Of a stretch of 64,000 bases of DNA, positions 47,464-59,699 are shown one piece after another. The position numbers and the translations under genes were made by a program. The notes under the pieces were generated by a model. It was not told the origin of the DNA. It made no database searches and saw only the letters and a list, made by a program, of their open reading frames with translations. Each line of letters opens with the position of its first letter. The first letter of the stretch is position 1. Source of the DNA: Macrostomum lignano (Eukaryota); the NCBI GenBank assembly GCA_002269645.1, contig NIVC01002162.1:124001-188000 (forward strand), written 5' to 3'.

Positions 47464-50400
47464 CAGGAAGGTGCAGCGTGTGCGCCGGAATAACATCCAT
47501 CAAAATTTTTGTTGTGCGCCGCGTGCGCCGAGAAAAAAAATTACTTGTGCGCCATGCGCCGAGAAAAATAAACTTGAAAAAGCACAATCAAGTATTAAGT
47601 ATCTTCCATTCAAAAATTCACACCGGTCAAAGAGACCAAATTTTGTGTGATCATGTAATTTTTTTATTCAACTCATAGACCAACCTACTCTAGCTAGACT
47701 CGTCACTTTGCTCCTCAGCTTCCGCTTCCTCAGCCAACTGACGCCGCTGATGCTGATACCGGCCAATGAAGGGACAGCGAGGGATGGAGTTGCTGTGCCG
47801 GTCAACAACCTTGCTTACGCGATACTTTTTTGCTGCCCGCTGCTGAATGTCGTAGAAAAATGGGCCACGATGAGGCCGAAGACCGCGTTGCCTGTCTCCG
47901 ACAAAAAAGAGCCTAGCAGCTTCGTTCAAAAGCAGTCGGCACTCCCGCGTATTTACTTTGGGGGGCAGCATCCAGCTTAGTTTAGTTCGTAACGCTAGAG
48001 TGTCATTAGTTTGGCCCCCTTGCTGCTCCTGCGATCGCATTACTGAGTAATACGTTTCGACTATCGCCTCTGAAATTAAAGTATATGCTGCTTCTCCTGT
48101 CTATTGTCATATTTTATAATTGCTAACAGTACATGTAGCTCGTACTTTTTAAACCTATTTCTACATACAGAAACTTTACAAGCAGAAAGAAACTCGTATG
48201 GACACCAAAATACTTTAAGAATTACTAAAATACTTTACGAAAGGCATAAAAAAATTATTTTCACCTGTGCCTCCAAGATGAAGCGCAAAGTCTAGCAAGC
48301 GGCATGCCTCCTGGCCGGCTGCTTTGTAAAGCCTTGGATCGGAGTACAGCGACCTGTACACGGCAGCTTCGTTCAGCCGTACTGAGCTCTTGTATCCGGA
48401 CTCAGTAGTCACAACGAGCTGCAACTGAAGCGAAAGCACGTTTGGAGCACACGACTCTGGGCATACGACTCGTTTGATGGGCCCTTTCACGCTGGGTTCG
48501 AGCCAGGAATCGCGGCCAACACCAGACAAAAATGCCTGGTGAATGGCACCGGCATAGTCGGCCACGTACTTCCGAGCCAGCTGAGACCTCACACGCAGAC
48601 TCTGGTGCTTCTCAGCCTGCTCGACGAACTTCAGAACGGCGGCAGAGGTGGTGAACTCCTCAGTGCTAATTTCGGGGTTGGCGGAGGTGAGAAGCAGGAT
48701 AATATTAGCCGCATCCATGACCATCGCACTAGCAGCCACAGAGGAGTGCTTGTCAGCCTTCGCTATACGTGATGAGAGGCTCTCAAGCAGGGCAGCAGAC
48801 AGCCGGACCAAGTCCTGCTCCATGTCACGGAGGTCCCGAGCAGTCCAGTTGACACGCTGGTCTCTCTCGTCATCGTCCGTAAGCCAGCCGTCGAGCAGGG
48901 GCACACCGCGGAATGTACCACCTGTTGATAGAATTTGATTTATTGAAAATATGTTGCTTGGGCTAGCTTACAGGAATTTTTATAAATTAATAAAAATAAG
49001 ATTTAGCACCCAGTCTGAGTCTACCTGGATGAAGCGATCCGTAACAAGCTTTTAGCCTCGGATAATCCTCGACATTAAAGCCTCGAGCTCGGCATTCTAA
49101 GAAGCTAGCCACCTTCGGCCATAAAAGCACCAACTTCCAATGAGGCTGTTCCAGATCTTGAACAAGCTCCAATAGCTTTCGGACGGGATCCAGCAAGTCT
49201 AGTAGGCCAAGCAAATCGAACAGGAAGTCGTAGCCAAAGAGCCAATATTGGATTTTCTCGTTTGGGTTGCTCTCCGGACGCTCTTTCCGGAAGGCAGAGT
49301 ATAGTGCCTGTATTAGACATTTAAAAGAAAGGAATTGATTGTATTTACTTCAATATTACCAGTAATATTTCCCCCTTTTCAGTCTTTAATTTCTGTAAGC
49401 AGTAAAAAACTTACTTCGTATGATTCTTCAACGGCCTCCCACATCTTCATTGCAGAGCTCAGGAAGCGTTGTGCAGCAAAAACTGAGATGCACCTTGCCC
49501 TCGCACTTTCCTTCGCCTCCTGCTGAGCTTTGGCTGCTTTTTCGAGAGCAGCAAAGCCACGGCCGCGCCCAAACATTTTGGGGAAGACATTAGCTCGCTT
49601 TATAAATCGCTTAAAGAACTCCATTTCCTTGACGTCACGGACGTCCTGAACGCCGAGATTTAAAAAATGAGCTGCATCCCAGCAGACTGGTAAGCTGTTG
49701 TCATTTTTATGATAGCCGAGTTTCTCGCGTAGAGTTGCGACAAAAGGCCCGTTTTGATGATACTGACCATCTCCAACAAAGCCAACAACGCTTGGCAGCG
49801 GAAGGTTAAGCTTTTGAACACTTTCCAATAGAAGATTGGCTAAGGCTTCCCCTCCGGCATCCATGTCGTCATCATAAATAGGCGGTGCGCCAGCCGGAAT
49901 TGCCACCGCTCCACCTGATGAATCTCTAGCAAGAATTAGGGCGGCTTGATTAGTGGTCCGGCTTGGTGTGCTTTTGTCGCAGGTAAGGCAGACCAAGGGC
50001 GGATGGCCAGTGGATGGAAGCGCCTCGTGCAGAAACGTAGAGGCATCTCGGTCAACGCAATACTCGAGAAGATGCCAGAGTTCTTTGCAGAAAGCGCTGA
50101 ATAAGAAGCGTGGGAAATGCGAATTCCAATTTTAGTTTTGAAAAAAACTTACTAATAATAATTTTAATGTTAGCCTACAAACAAACCAAGAAACCAAGAA
50201 CTTACAAGCCGTGACCAATGTTGCCGATAGCTGCATCAGATGCGTCCAAATGGCACATAAGGTCCTCGTAGTGCGCATTAGCGGTTCCGATTTGTATGAT
50301 GAAGATAGCGCTGCGCAGTAGTGTTCTTACAACCTTCTCATTGCCTGATTGGCGCTTCTTATCGTCATGAAATTCTCTCACAGCGTTTGAGTGTTCCTTG

Positions 50401-53387
50401 CCGGCAACACCCGAAAAGTGATCTGCGACAGTTGCTCGAAAGTGGCAGAATTTCGAATGGTCGCTGTGGTACTGCTGCATGGTTGTTGATAAAACTAACA
50501 GACCAGTGCTGAGAGAACCTTTCTTCAAGGGGTTCCTGTATAATTATGAGGGTTAAATTATAGAGGATTTTATGTCAATGTATTGTAGCGTGTTAGTGTT
50601 ACTGTATTAGGTTCTACATCTCAGCATCTGCTTCGCCATGTTACCTGACTTACATTTTTAGAAAAGCTTCTTCTATAGAACATTCCGCTGGCAGGTGAAG
50701 ACTCGGAACTTTGCGACACCTAGCGAAGCAAGGTTCACAGAAAACGATGTGGTCGACGCCGCATGATGCCACACCAACGAATGGATGGTCCAGCAACTCG
50801 GCAATATTTTTGGCACTTTTAATCATAGTGTACTGCTCATCAACTGGAAGACTAGGAGCAGCAGCTGCACTATGGCTACCAGCCTTTACAGCAGCAGCAA
50901 GACTTTTTAGGGCTTCAGTCAGGTGCAAAATTTGCTGCGATTGATTATTTACTAGACCACATAGCGACTCAAATTGTTCAACACTGACAGCTCCGGGTGG
51001 AGCAGATGCACTAGTGGAACGCTGCGGCTCAAAAATAGCTGGCGTTGATTGAACAGCTGCTGCACCTGTTTAATAGACATTAGAGAAAATGAAAAGTAGG
51101 TGGTCGTATCTCTTTGATCAGTGAATCATGCCATAGCTACAGTAAGAATTACTTAACTTAATTCATTTTTTTAATAAAAGATTAATGTGCTGCTTCTATG
51201 ACTTACCTGATAATGATAAGTCTGAACGTGGCAGCTGAACAAACAGCTGGAGAGAGGAAGCATCAGTGACAGTAGCAACGGCTGCAGCATCAGCAGAATT
51301 GGCAGCAGCATCAGCAGATTTGGCAGCAGCATCAGCAGAATTGGCAGCAGCATCAGCAGAATTGGCTGCAGCATCAGAATTGGCTGCAGAATGAGATCGC
51401 TTCCGATCAATTCTTTTACTCTTCTCCTCCCTGGCCCTGAGAAGACTCTGGACGATTTCAAGGTCAGCGGTTCCAAAGCTCACATTGTGAGCATCAACAG
51501 TGTCATGATTGTTGCGAATATGTCGCTTTTTGGAGGATGGATTGCCTCGAACAAATTGGCATTTTTCGAGATCTTTTTTGTCATTCTGAAGGCAATTTAT
51601 GCAGTAAAAGATCTGAGGCTGTCTTGCTGACGGCTCTGTATCTGCAGCAGTTGCAGTGCTTGTTGATGCTGACCCTTTCCGTTTTGATGCTGCTGCTGCT
51701 GCAGAGCTTCTGTGAGAAGTACCAGTGCCAGGTGCTCCCACACCACCAGACTTAGTCAGGAAACTCCATTCCTTTTCCTGAATAGCTAAAAAATAAAATA
51801 ATGGCTTAAATTGTTTATACTAGTTTGAGCTTCTAGTTTTATTGACCCCCAAATCCAAATCCCCAATGGGCTATTATCATTGTTATGGGCATGTCCAAAT
51901 GGCCTTTAAGTAGTCTAGCCAGACTAGCCTTAGCACTAGTAGCCTAGAATTATATTTAGAATGGTGATTTGCTTTTGCTATTGAGAATTTTGTTGAAAAT
52001 TTGAAAAATTTCATTTTCTAATATATTTTTGGCTTCAGCCTTAGTTTTAGCCTAAGCTGAAGCCCGCTACACTTGACTCCACTCTTTAGTCTCTCTACTC
52101 TTATAGGTACACAAAATTATTTGAATTGTAACAAACCTTACAAAAATATACATCGCTACCGCTATTGCCTAGGTGCATTACCTGCGCGCCGCGCTGCGCA
52201 TTCGGCGCATAGCCAATAGCCATAGCCATAGCCTATGCCCTTTCAATTATTGAAAATATGGCCCATATGGCCATGGCCATGGGTATGTATGTATGGCCTA
52301 TGTGGCTCAGTGGCTGTGCAGCCTGTGTTGTGCCTCCCAGAAAAATTTCTTTGATTACCCCTAGCTAGGCTAAGCCCTAAGTATCAGAGTTACAAAGTAT
52401 GGGGCTATCAAGACAAGTCACAACCACAAGTGACTTCTATTGCTAATTTAAATTTAAAAATGCCCTTCAGTTTTATTTGTTATTAACTTATTAATTTTAA
52501 AATACTATTAATCTTACTCTTATAAAATCTTATATAATTTATAATTATATAAATTCTATCCAATTCTAAATTTCTATCCAATATTTAAGACAACTCAAGC
52601 AAGTGCAAGAGTAAGAGTTTTTAACAACTAAAGTCTAAACATAAAAGTGATAAAATAATAACTTTATAAGTAACTAATTTAATTACGAATAATAGACATT
52701 CACTTCACATAAGTCATAATAGTAAACACTAAAAGTAAAAATTAACAATAACAGTATCACTTAACAGTCAGTCAGACAGTAAGTAATTAAGTAACTTTGT
52801 AATTGTAAAAATGTAACATTGGTCATTGAAGTCATGAATATCATATCATATCATGATATATGATATTCGATTTTTGATAATTGATAGTCATCACTGGAAA
52901 TTCAAATTTGGAATTTGACTCCACTTGGATTTGGACGAACGACCCACCTTTGGCATTTTTACTGATGGTAGTAGCCGTGCCCGTAACTTCAACTTCAAAA
53001 TCTGCATCTGAAGATGCAACTGAAGATGCTCCATGAGATGAGTCCATTGCTGAATGCTGAGTTGCTCGTTGCATTAAATTGTTAAAAGCTACGATTAATG
53101 AAATTTGAATTTTGAAATAGAAACAACATTAGAAATAACGACTATCGTATCGACTATCGTTTATTATATTGATTGATTGACATTTAATATACATTTTTTT
53201 ATTATTCATTATTGTATTGTCACGTACACTGACGTACCTTGTGTGCCATGCGCCGAGCCATGCACCGATGCACCGAGCCATGCGCCGATGCGCCGAGCCC
53301 ATGCGCGCGGCGCAGTGAAGTGTGCGCCGTGCGCCGGCAAATTGCTGATTTGCGCCGGAAAATTCCGAGGATTCTACCGTCTTCCTG
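47464..53387 (-). mobile_element. Autonomous-looking hAT-superfamily DNA transposon, ~5.9 kb
   Basis: Short termini CAGGAAG...CTTCCTG; flanking 8-mers GCCATGGT and GCTGTGGT (both one transition from GCCGTGGT); clustered TGCGCC(G) subterminal motifs at both ends; encloses the transposase gene. Boundaries are inferred. Confidence 0.65.
47690..53074 (-). CDS. hAT-like transposase (KIAA1586/ZNF862-like group), 8 exons, 1149 aa
   Basis: Exons 53074-52948, 51785-51207, 51065-50654, 50535-50206, 50096-49415, 49307-49025, 48921-48265 and 48069-47690 all join in phase (3450 nt). BED-like finger CINC...RHIRNNH, catalytic-type CDKST and GDGQY, WDAAH (CxxH-equivalent), GGTEAIVETYYSVM (catalytic E region). 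Confidence 0.85.
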
Positions 53388-56082
53388 GCTGTGGTGCCTA
53401 TGTCGCTTAAAGTGCGCCAGGGTGCACACAACCCCCCTGCCTCTAATAAAAAAAAATTTGCTTACTTAAATTACTAATTAGATAATTAGGCATTTTTGTA
53501 ACTTCAAATTGTCATAGTTATTCTTACCATTTGCCTTACCTTTAATTTTTGCTTATATTTGGAAACACATTTAGATATTTAGATTATTTGGATTCAGCAT
53601 TTTTTGTACATTTGGATTTGGTTTTGGGAAACTCACAAAAATCCACATTTAGTCCATCACTAGCCAAAACTTAGCAGATTAAGTTAACTCAAAATGATAG
53701 GGCCTAATTACTTTCAATGAAATCTCAAGATATATGTCAAACAAATGTCCAACATACTATGCATTCTTACAATTTGCCCTTGATATAAATATATAATCCA
53801 TTGTTCTCATGATGGCATTGATGTTTTATGTATGCAAAGATTATTCTAAGGTTTAATTATAGGGTTGACAAAATATAAATAATAGTATGCTATTTAATAT
53901 TAATACTTACTCAGCTAGTTGTATAAAAGATGCAACCTATTGGTGGAATTGGTAAAGAAAGATAATTGATTTTAACAATGATAGAGGGCCTAAGCTAAGC
54001 CAGGGGATAGGTTTTGAGGGAGACACTAGGTGTAACCAATGGCAGTGCAGTATCTCTTGTTAGGGGGGGGGGGGCAATAGTTAGGTGGTCACATTTCCCC
54101 TTAGGTGGTCATCCCCCCTTTTAAGAAAGTAAAGAATTATGAACAAATTTTGATACACTTCTTTTAAAATGAATGTTCAACATAAAGTTTCCTATAAAAA
54201 TGCATTTTTAATCATTGATGCAAGTTGCATAACAAGGGGAGACCTTCTTAAGGTCTTTTTGAGGGCCATGGGGATAGTGGGATAGATACCCCCATGAGGC
54301 AGTGACCTGTGGTCACCCAAGGGCAGCTGCCCCTCCTTGCCATTCTTACGCTGCCACTTGGGATGACCACAGTAGGCCACCCTTTTCCAAAATATCTTGA
54401 TAGAACATATTGTTCCCCCAAAAACAAACCTAAGTTTGTGCCTTTAAGAGCCTTGATTTTTTGTCTTCTTTATATTTTTACACCTTTAAGCTTGATTTTT
54501 TGTTTCCTACATGAATTTTTAACATTTCCTAGCTTAAAAATTGGTGCCTCTCATATTTATATTGGTTCCCAAAACTTTGATCCCCCAAAATGAAAGTCTA
54601 GATCTGTTATAGGCTAAGGCTAAGCTTAACTAAGGATTAAAGAACTATTAACTAGAATAGTTAAAAGTTAAAAAAGTATTAGGCCCTAGCTAATTGAAAT
54701 AAAATTAAAAAGTTCAATATTTGTCAGTGTTGCATATATAGATAGGATTTTTAGATAGATCAAGGATAAATAACTTCATTTCCCCTGCCTTAGGGAATGG
54801 TTACTATGTATACCTAACAGCACTAATAGCCCAAAATGGTCAAATGAAAAATGCAATTGTAGACTTAAAGGACCAATTAAAAAGTACTTTTGAAAAATAT
54901 TATATATTTCTAGGCCTTTGTCATATCGTCTATTCTTCCCTTAGTACACAAAAATCAGAGATTTTTTTCCGAAAATGATAGGCCCTAGGGACGTACAGAG
55001 TGACACTGAAACTAACTATTAGCTAATATTAATAAGGTCTTGAGTCCTATTGATTGATATAATTACAATTCAAAAAATATTTTGATATACTAAAAAATAC
55101 ACTTTGTATAGCCAGGATTTCTTACTTCGAATTTAATTATATTTAGAAAAAGTACATTACAGCACATGCGCAGAGACTCTTTAGACAACCCTAGGGCCTA
55201 TGATTTCTCCCTCTACCTTAGAGAAGAAAACTTTTAGATTACACTCTTTCCTTGAAAAAATGCTGGAATGTACGGTTTGTGTTGATTGACAACAAGCAGT
55301 AAAACAACAATAAAGTTATTTTCAGAAGTTTAAACGCTCATTTTACAAAAAATGTTATTAAAAGTTAATTAAAAAATAATTTTTAGGTAAGCCAAAATTA
55401 TTTAACGCAAACACGTCACACCGGATAGAGGCTAAATTTTAACCATTAATTTATGTCCTGCCAGCTATAGCTATGAGGAGTGTTTATAATATTTTCGAAA
55501 ATATTCACTTCTAGTCATAAAAAAGGCTGGTTTTTCACGCGCATATTCTTTAACTGTATTAAATCTTCTTAGCATGATTTCCAGCTGTCACATTAGCTGT
55601 CACATTCTTCTTCTTCAGCGCTCCGAAACGCACGAGGGCCAGCGCCCCATGCTCCGTAGGAGCGAAAGAGCGAAGCCCGGCTCGGCGATGAGGTGCTCCA
55701 CTTCAGTGCCGACCAGGCGTATGCGGTGCGCGTCCCCCCTCGGGCAGTTGAAAATCGCGTGTAGGCTCGAATCCGGTGAGTAGTAGAGGATAACACAACT
55801 CTGCCGCAGGGAAAGCCACGGAAATTCCGTGGGCCCGGATCAGAAGGGCGCCTATGTGTTTGCATAGCTCAACTCTGCCGCAGGCAAAGCCATGGGAATT
55901 CCGTAGACTCCTAATGAGAGTACATAGGCACCTGTGTTCCATAGGGGTAGGCCCCCTAATGTGAATACATAGCTGCATGTGTTTACATAGGAGATATTTG
56001 TATATAAACCAGAAAATTTGTTTTCACAAATAATAAAATTTTTGAAATTCTTGCTCCGTTACATCGTAATAACTAATTAATA

Positions 56083-56826
56083 ATGGTCGATATTGGAGAA
56101 GGCTACAAACTTCAAGTACAAGAGTATGAAGGAGTACAGTTTATTGCGATTCGGAAATTTTATCGACATGGCAGCACAGCAAGTTTAAAACCCGGCGTTC
56201 CCGGATTTAACCTCAACATCCGACAATGGGAGAAGTTGAAAGAACCGAAGCGAACTCTCGTGAAGGCGGCCCTAGGCGGGCAACAGAGGATCATCAAACT
56301 CGGTTTTGATAAGTTTGTTGAGGTTAAGAACGGCATCATCTGGCTAAGACGGCTTCCAGAAGATTGCTGCGAAGAATTTTTGAAGCGAAACACTGTGGCC
56401 TTGGCACCAGCTCTGTGGCGAAAACTGTGGGAGCAGGCTGCATGGATCGACGAGCAGCTGTCTGCCCCACGCCAAATTTCTGATGTGTATGAGCTGGAGT
56501 CGGGATCTTCGAGCGAGAGAAACGGTGATGATGATGACAACAGCAACAAGGACGACACCATGCGGCTTGCGAAGACTGAGGATGAGGGCGTCCAATCAAG
56601 CACTCTACGCATCGACGATGAAGTGGTCACATCAACGCCTCTACCGGTGACAAGAGCTGCAGCTGGCTTTATCCCAAAGCAGGATTCGGATTTGCTGCAG
56701 GACCCAGTCTGGTATCGCTTCCGGGCTGAAGCAGCTGCGGTCGAGAACGTCAGGAAGCGCAAGCAACCATATCCGCTGCGCAGGCAGAACGCCATGAGAC
56801 TGCGCCTCAATGAGGATGAGGAGTGA
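56083..56826 (+). CDS. Tandem PC4/SUB1-like ssDNA-binding domain protein, 247 aa
   Basis: Domain 1 IGEGYKLQVQEYEGVQFIAIRKFY...KPGVPGFNLNIRQWEKL; domain 2 KLGFDKFVEVKNGIIWLRRL...VALAPALWRKL...IDEQL; acidic tail with RKRK; TATATAAA at 56001-56008. Confidence 0.8.
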   Translation: MVDIGEGYKLQVQEYEGVQFIAIRKFYRHGSTASLKPGVPGFNLNIRQWEKLKEPKRTLVKAALGGQQRIIKLGFDKFVEVKNGIIWLRRLPEDCCEEFLKRNTVALAPALWRKLWEQAAWIDEQLSAPRQISDVYELESGSSSERNGDDDDNSNKDDTMRLAKTEDEGVQSSTLRIDDEVVTSTPLPVTRAAAGFIPKQDSDLLQDPVWYRFRAEAAAVENVRKRKQPYPLRRQNAMRLRLNEDEE

Positions 56827-57272
56827 AGAAGAAGAATAAGAAGTGCTTTGAAGAACTTTGGTGACTGGTGACATACTTAAATTGGCTCATTTAACAATTT
56901 CTATAATTAACATTGCTCATTTATCCAGAAAACTTAATTAAGTCTCTCCATGTAAGAAAATCATGCAACTTATTGTTTCTTATCCGCTAAAAAATATAAA
57001 AGCTTCTTTTCATAAAAAAATTGTTTTCCTTTGTTCTTGTGCTTAAGAAAAAAATTAGACTGTTGACTTTTGTTTCTTGAGAAAATGGAAAAAAATTATT
57101 TGCTCCTGGCCAACCAGCTAGTTTTTCAATTTGCTCAAAGCTGCTGCATCAAGTTAGAGAAGAGGGTGGGCATAAAAATTGAAAGAGCATTGAACAGTGG
57201 CTCAATGAGCAAACCGCGAAAAGAACTTAAAAAAATTTCATTCTTTCTGGCAGGAATGAAACTGGCAGGCTT

Positions 57273-57503
57273 TCATTCAGCTTGATTTTGATAATGGAAA
57301 AGATCTACTACAACCCTGCTCAGCCTGCCAGTTTCAGGCTCAGGCTCGAGTGCCAGCTCAGTTGTCTGGCACTCGTGGCAAAGCAACCAGCGACTTATAA
57401 TGCAGCTGTCTTTTTTGTTATGGAGCTTTAACCCACCGAGCTCACATGAATTGCAGCTGATGCACACCTCGTGCACGTAGGATGGACACCGAGATTTATT
57501 CAT
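57273..57503 (-). CDS. Possible small Cys-rich accessory ORF inside the mini-Polinton
   Basis: ATG-initiated 76 aa with CPSYVHEVCISC and CHEC motifs; no recognised family. Confidence 0.3.
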   Translation of the reverse strand: MNKSRCPSYVHEVCISCNSCELGGLKLHNKKDSCIISRWLLCHECQTTELALEPEPETGRLSRVVVDLFHYQNQAE

Positions 57504-59699
57504 TATTTAAAAATCTATGAGAAATTTAGTTTAAAATAAAATTTAAATTTAAACTTCTCATATGCACATATTTAGCCTCTTATATACCCACTTCAACCAA
57601 ATCTGTGTTAATAAAAACATAGCCGCTATGTTTTCAGCTTTGCTATGTTTACAGTCAGCCACCCAATGTCCAATGATTTCATCAGCGCATCCAGGTATTG
57701 AGCCCTTGTTAAATTCCCGCACGCCCCGCTAAATTCTTTTGAATACGCCGCCAACTTTACCCCACCCAGTCGAGGGTGGCAATAAAACTACTGATAACTG
57801 AGCACTCTCTCCTTTCAGCAACAAAGCCGCCGCCGCCGCCAGCTCCCAGACAGCGGGAGAGAGAGAGGCTTGGCTACCACTATGTTTGTTTACAGAAGTT
57901 TGTTATTACCGATAAAATTATATAATAAAGTATTAGTATAATACTGAATACAATAAAATACCGCTGATATTTGCCAATCGTTCAACACAATTTCTAGAGA
58001 TTCCCCTAGCTCGCCTCTGTGCATACTTGCGGATTCCCCCATGAGGTGCCTATGAACTCTCATTAGGAGTCTACGGAATTCCCATGGCTTTGCCTGCGGC
58101 AGAGTTGAGCTATGCAAACACATAGGCGCCCTTCTGATCCGGGCCCACGGAATTTCCGTGGCTTTCCCTGCGGCAGAGTTGTGTTATCCTCTACTACTCC
58201 GGTGCCCCGCAATCCTGGCAGAGCAGGAGTCCGTCAGGCCGAAACGATGTCGGACCTCGGCGCCCAGCATGGAAGCACAGGCTCGGAGTTGGCAGGCAGC
58301 TGTGTGCTCGGCCCAACTTGGAACTTGTTCGCTCCCAGGCTCTGCGGCGCGCCATCTGACGCGCCCTGCTCTAACTGTGACTGTGCATGCGGGGTCGCAT
58401 ATACTTTGTTGTTTGTTGTTGTTGTTGGTGTGAAAAGTCGGCTAGGTAGGCCGGTGGCATGACGCTGTCATCAAGGCGAATAGCGGCCTTGGCGGTACTA
58501 CTGAGCGAAATGGCAGCCGAGGTTTGCGGCAGGCGGGCTGCGTGATTTGCGGTTCGGTCCGCGGCTTCATTAGCGGGTATGCCACAGTGGGCAGGGACCC
58601 AGGCGAGGTCGATGTCGTTGTAGTCGCAGGTGCCCAGGTTGATGAGGTTGTTGATGACGCCAGCAGATAGGCCGCTGTTCCTTGCTGTATACATCCAAAG
58701 GGATTTATCCTTGAATAAACTAGCTCGTATACATGTACTCGTAGCTTAATTTTGACAGCAATATCATCATCTCAATTAAGCGACCCCCTGCGAGAGCCTT
58801 TTCATCTCAGCAACTCCCCAATCATGCAGCCTTGACATCTCAGCCATACCCCATGAGCCTTAATAGCCGGACAGCTCAGCGATTCTACCTGTGAGACACA
58901 GCATTTCATAAATATCTTCCAGCTTTTCAGTCAGAGCAAAATGTTTTACCTTGAAGTACACCCGATCAAAAATACTTTCTTTCCTAGAGTTTTTTAATAT
59001 TTAATCCTATAAAAATGAAGCAATTTCTTAGTAAAATTACGTGTACCAGCGCGTTATCAATGCGCATAGAATATGCTGCAAAACCAAACGAAAATCGGTT
59101 CCCGCAGTGTCATGTTAAACCAAAGTTCTCAAGCACAGATGATACAACAATATATTGTATATTTAAAGCAGTGAACTTTGACAGCTTGGCTTTTGAAGAC
59201 TGCTTCTCGGAAAAGTTTGCCAAAATATACAGCAGTATACGTTCATGTAGGGTATTGAATACTGGCTGAAAAATCATTGGCTATATGCAGGGGTGGGGGA
59301 GGTGGGGGTGGCCGATGGCCTCCCTTGGGTACCTCTGTAGTAGCTGCGGCGGCCCGGTATTGGCGCCCTTCTGATGTTGGTGCCCTGGTGTTAAGCCCCT
59401 GGTGTTAAGCCCCTGGTACTAGCTAAAGCCCCTGGCACTAAAGCCCGGGTCCGGGGCCCCTGCACGATGACGCCCTTCCGAGGAATGGCACCTCAAGTTG
59501 ACCCCCTCGCGCTGGCGCCTTCAGAAGACGTGCTTTATCTAATAAAAAGTCCTGGCGACACCTGTGAATACATAAACTTTATTTTAATGTCTACATTTTA
59601 AGTGACAAAACGAAGTGATGCACTACTACAAGTAATACCTATTTAGCGTTTGCTTAAAGGCGAATCGCAATTGAAGTTGCAGTTACTAATGGCACATTA

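Larger units (their letters stand above)
55779..58198. mobile_element. Non-autonomous mini-Polinton/Maverick, 2420 bp
   Basis: Termini AGTAGTAGAGG...CCTCTACTACT; 155-bp TIRs (55779-55933 and 58044-58198, 1 mismatch); perfect 6-bp TSD CCGGTG (55773-55778 and 58199-58204). Confidence 0.88.
55607..58694 (-). mobile_element. 5'-truncated non-LTR retrotransposon (RNase H + C-terminal CCHC knuckle), split by an insertion
   Basis: RNase H end LAWVPAHCGIPANEAAD (58371-58694). Removing 55779-58204 restores CQDCGAPDSSLHAIFNCP, a stop and an (AAG)n tail near 55607-55618. Stop and frameshift in the linker. Confidence 0.85.

Noticed and set aside
51770-51790. hAT transposase needing an SL-donated AUG
   Set aside because: A cis exon (53074-52948, donor AAG-GTGGGT) splices in frame to the TTTTTTAG acceptor at 51786-51788.
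53405-53440. CAGGGGGG motif as the right terminus of the hAT element
   Set aside because: No matching left end or TSD, whereas the CAGGAAG ends have compatible 8-bp flanks.
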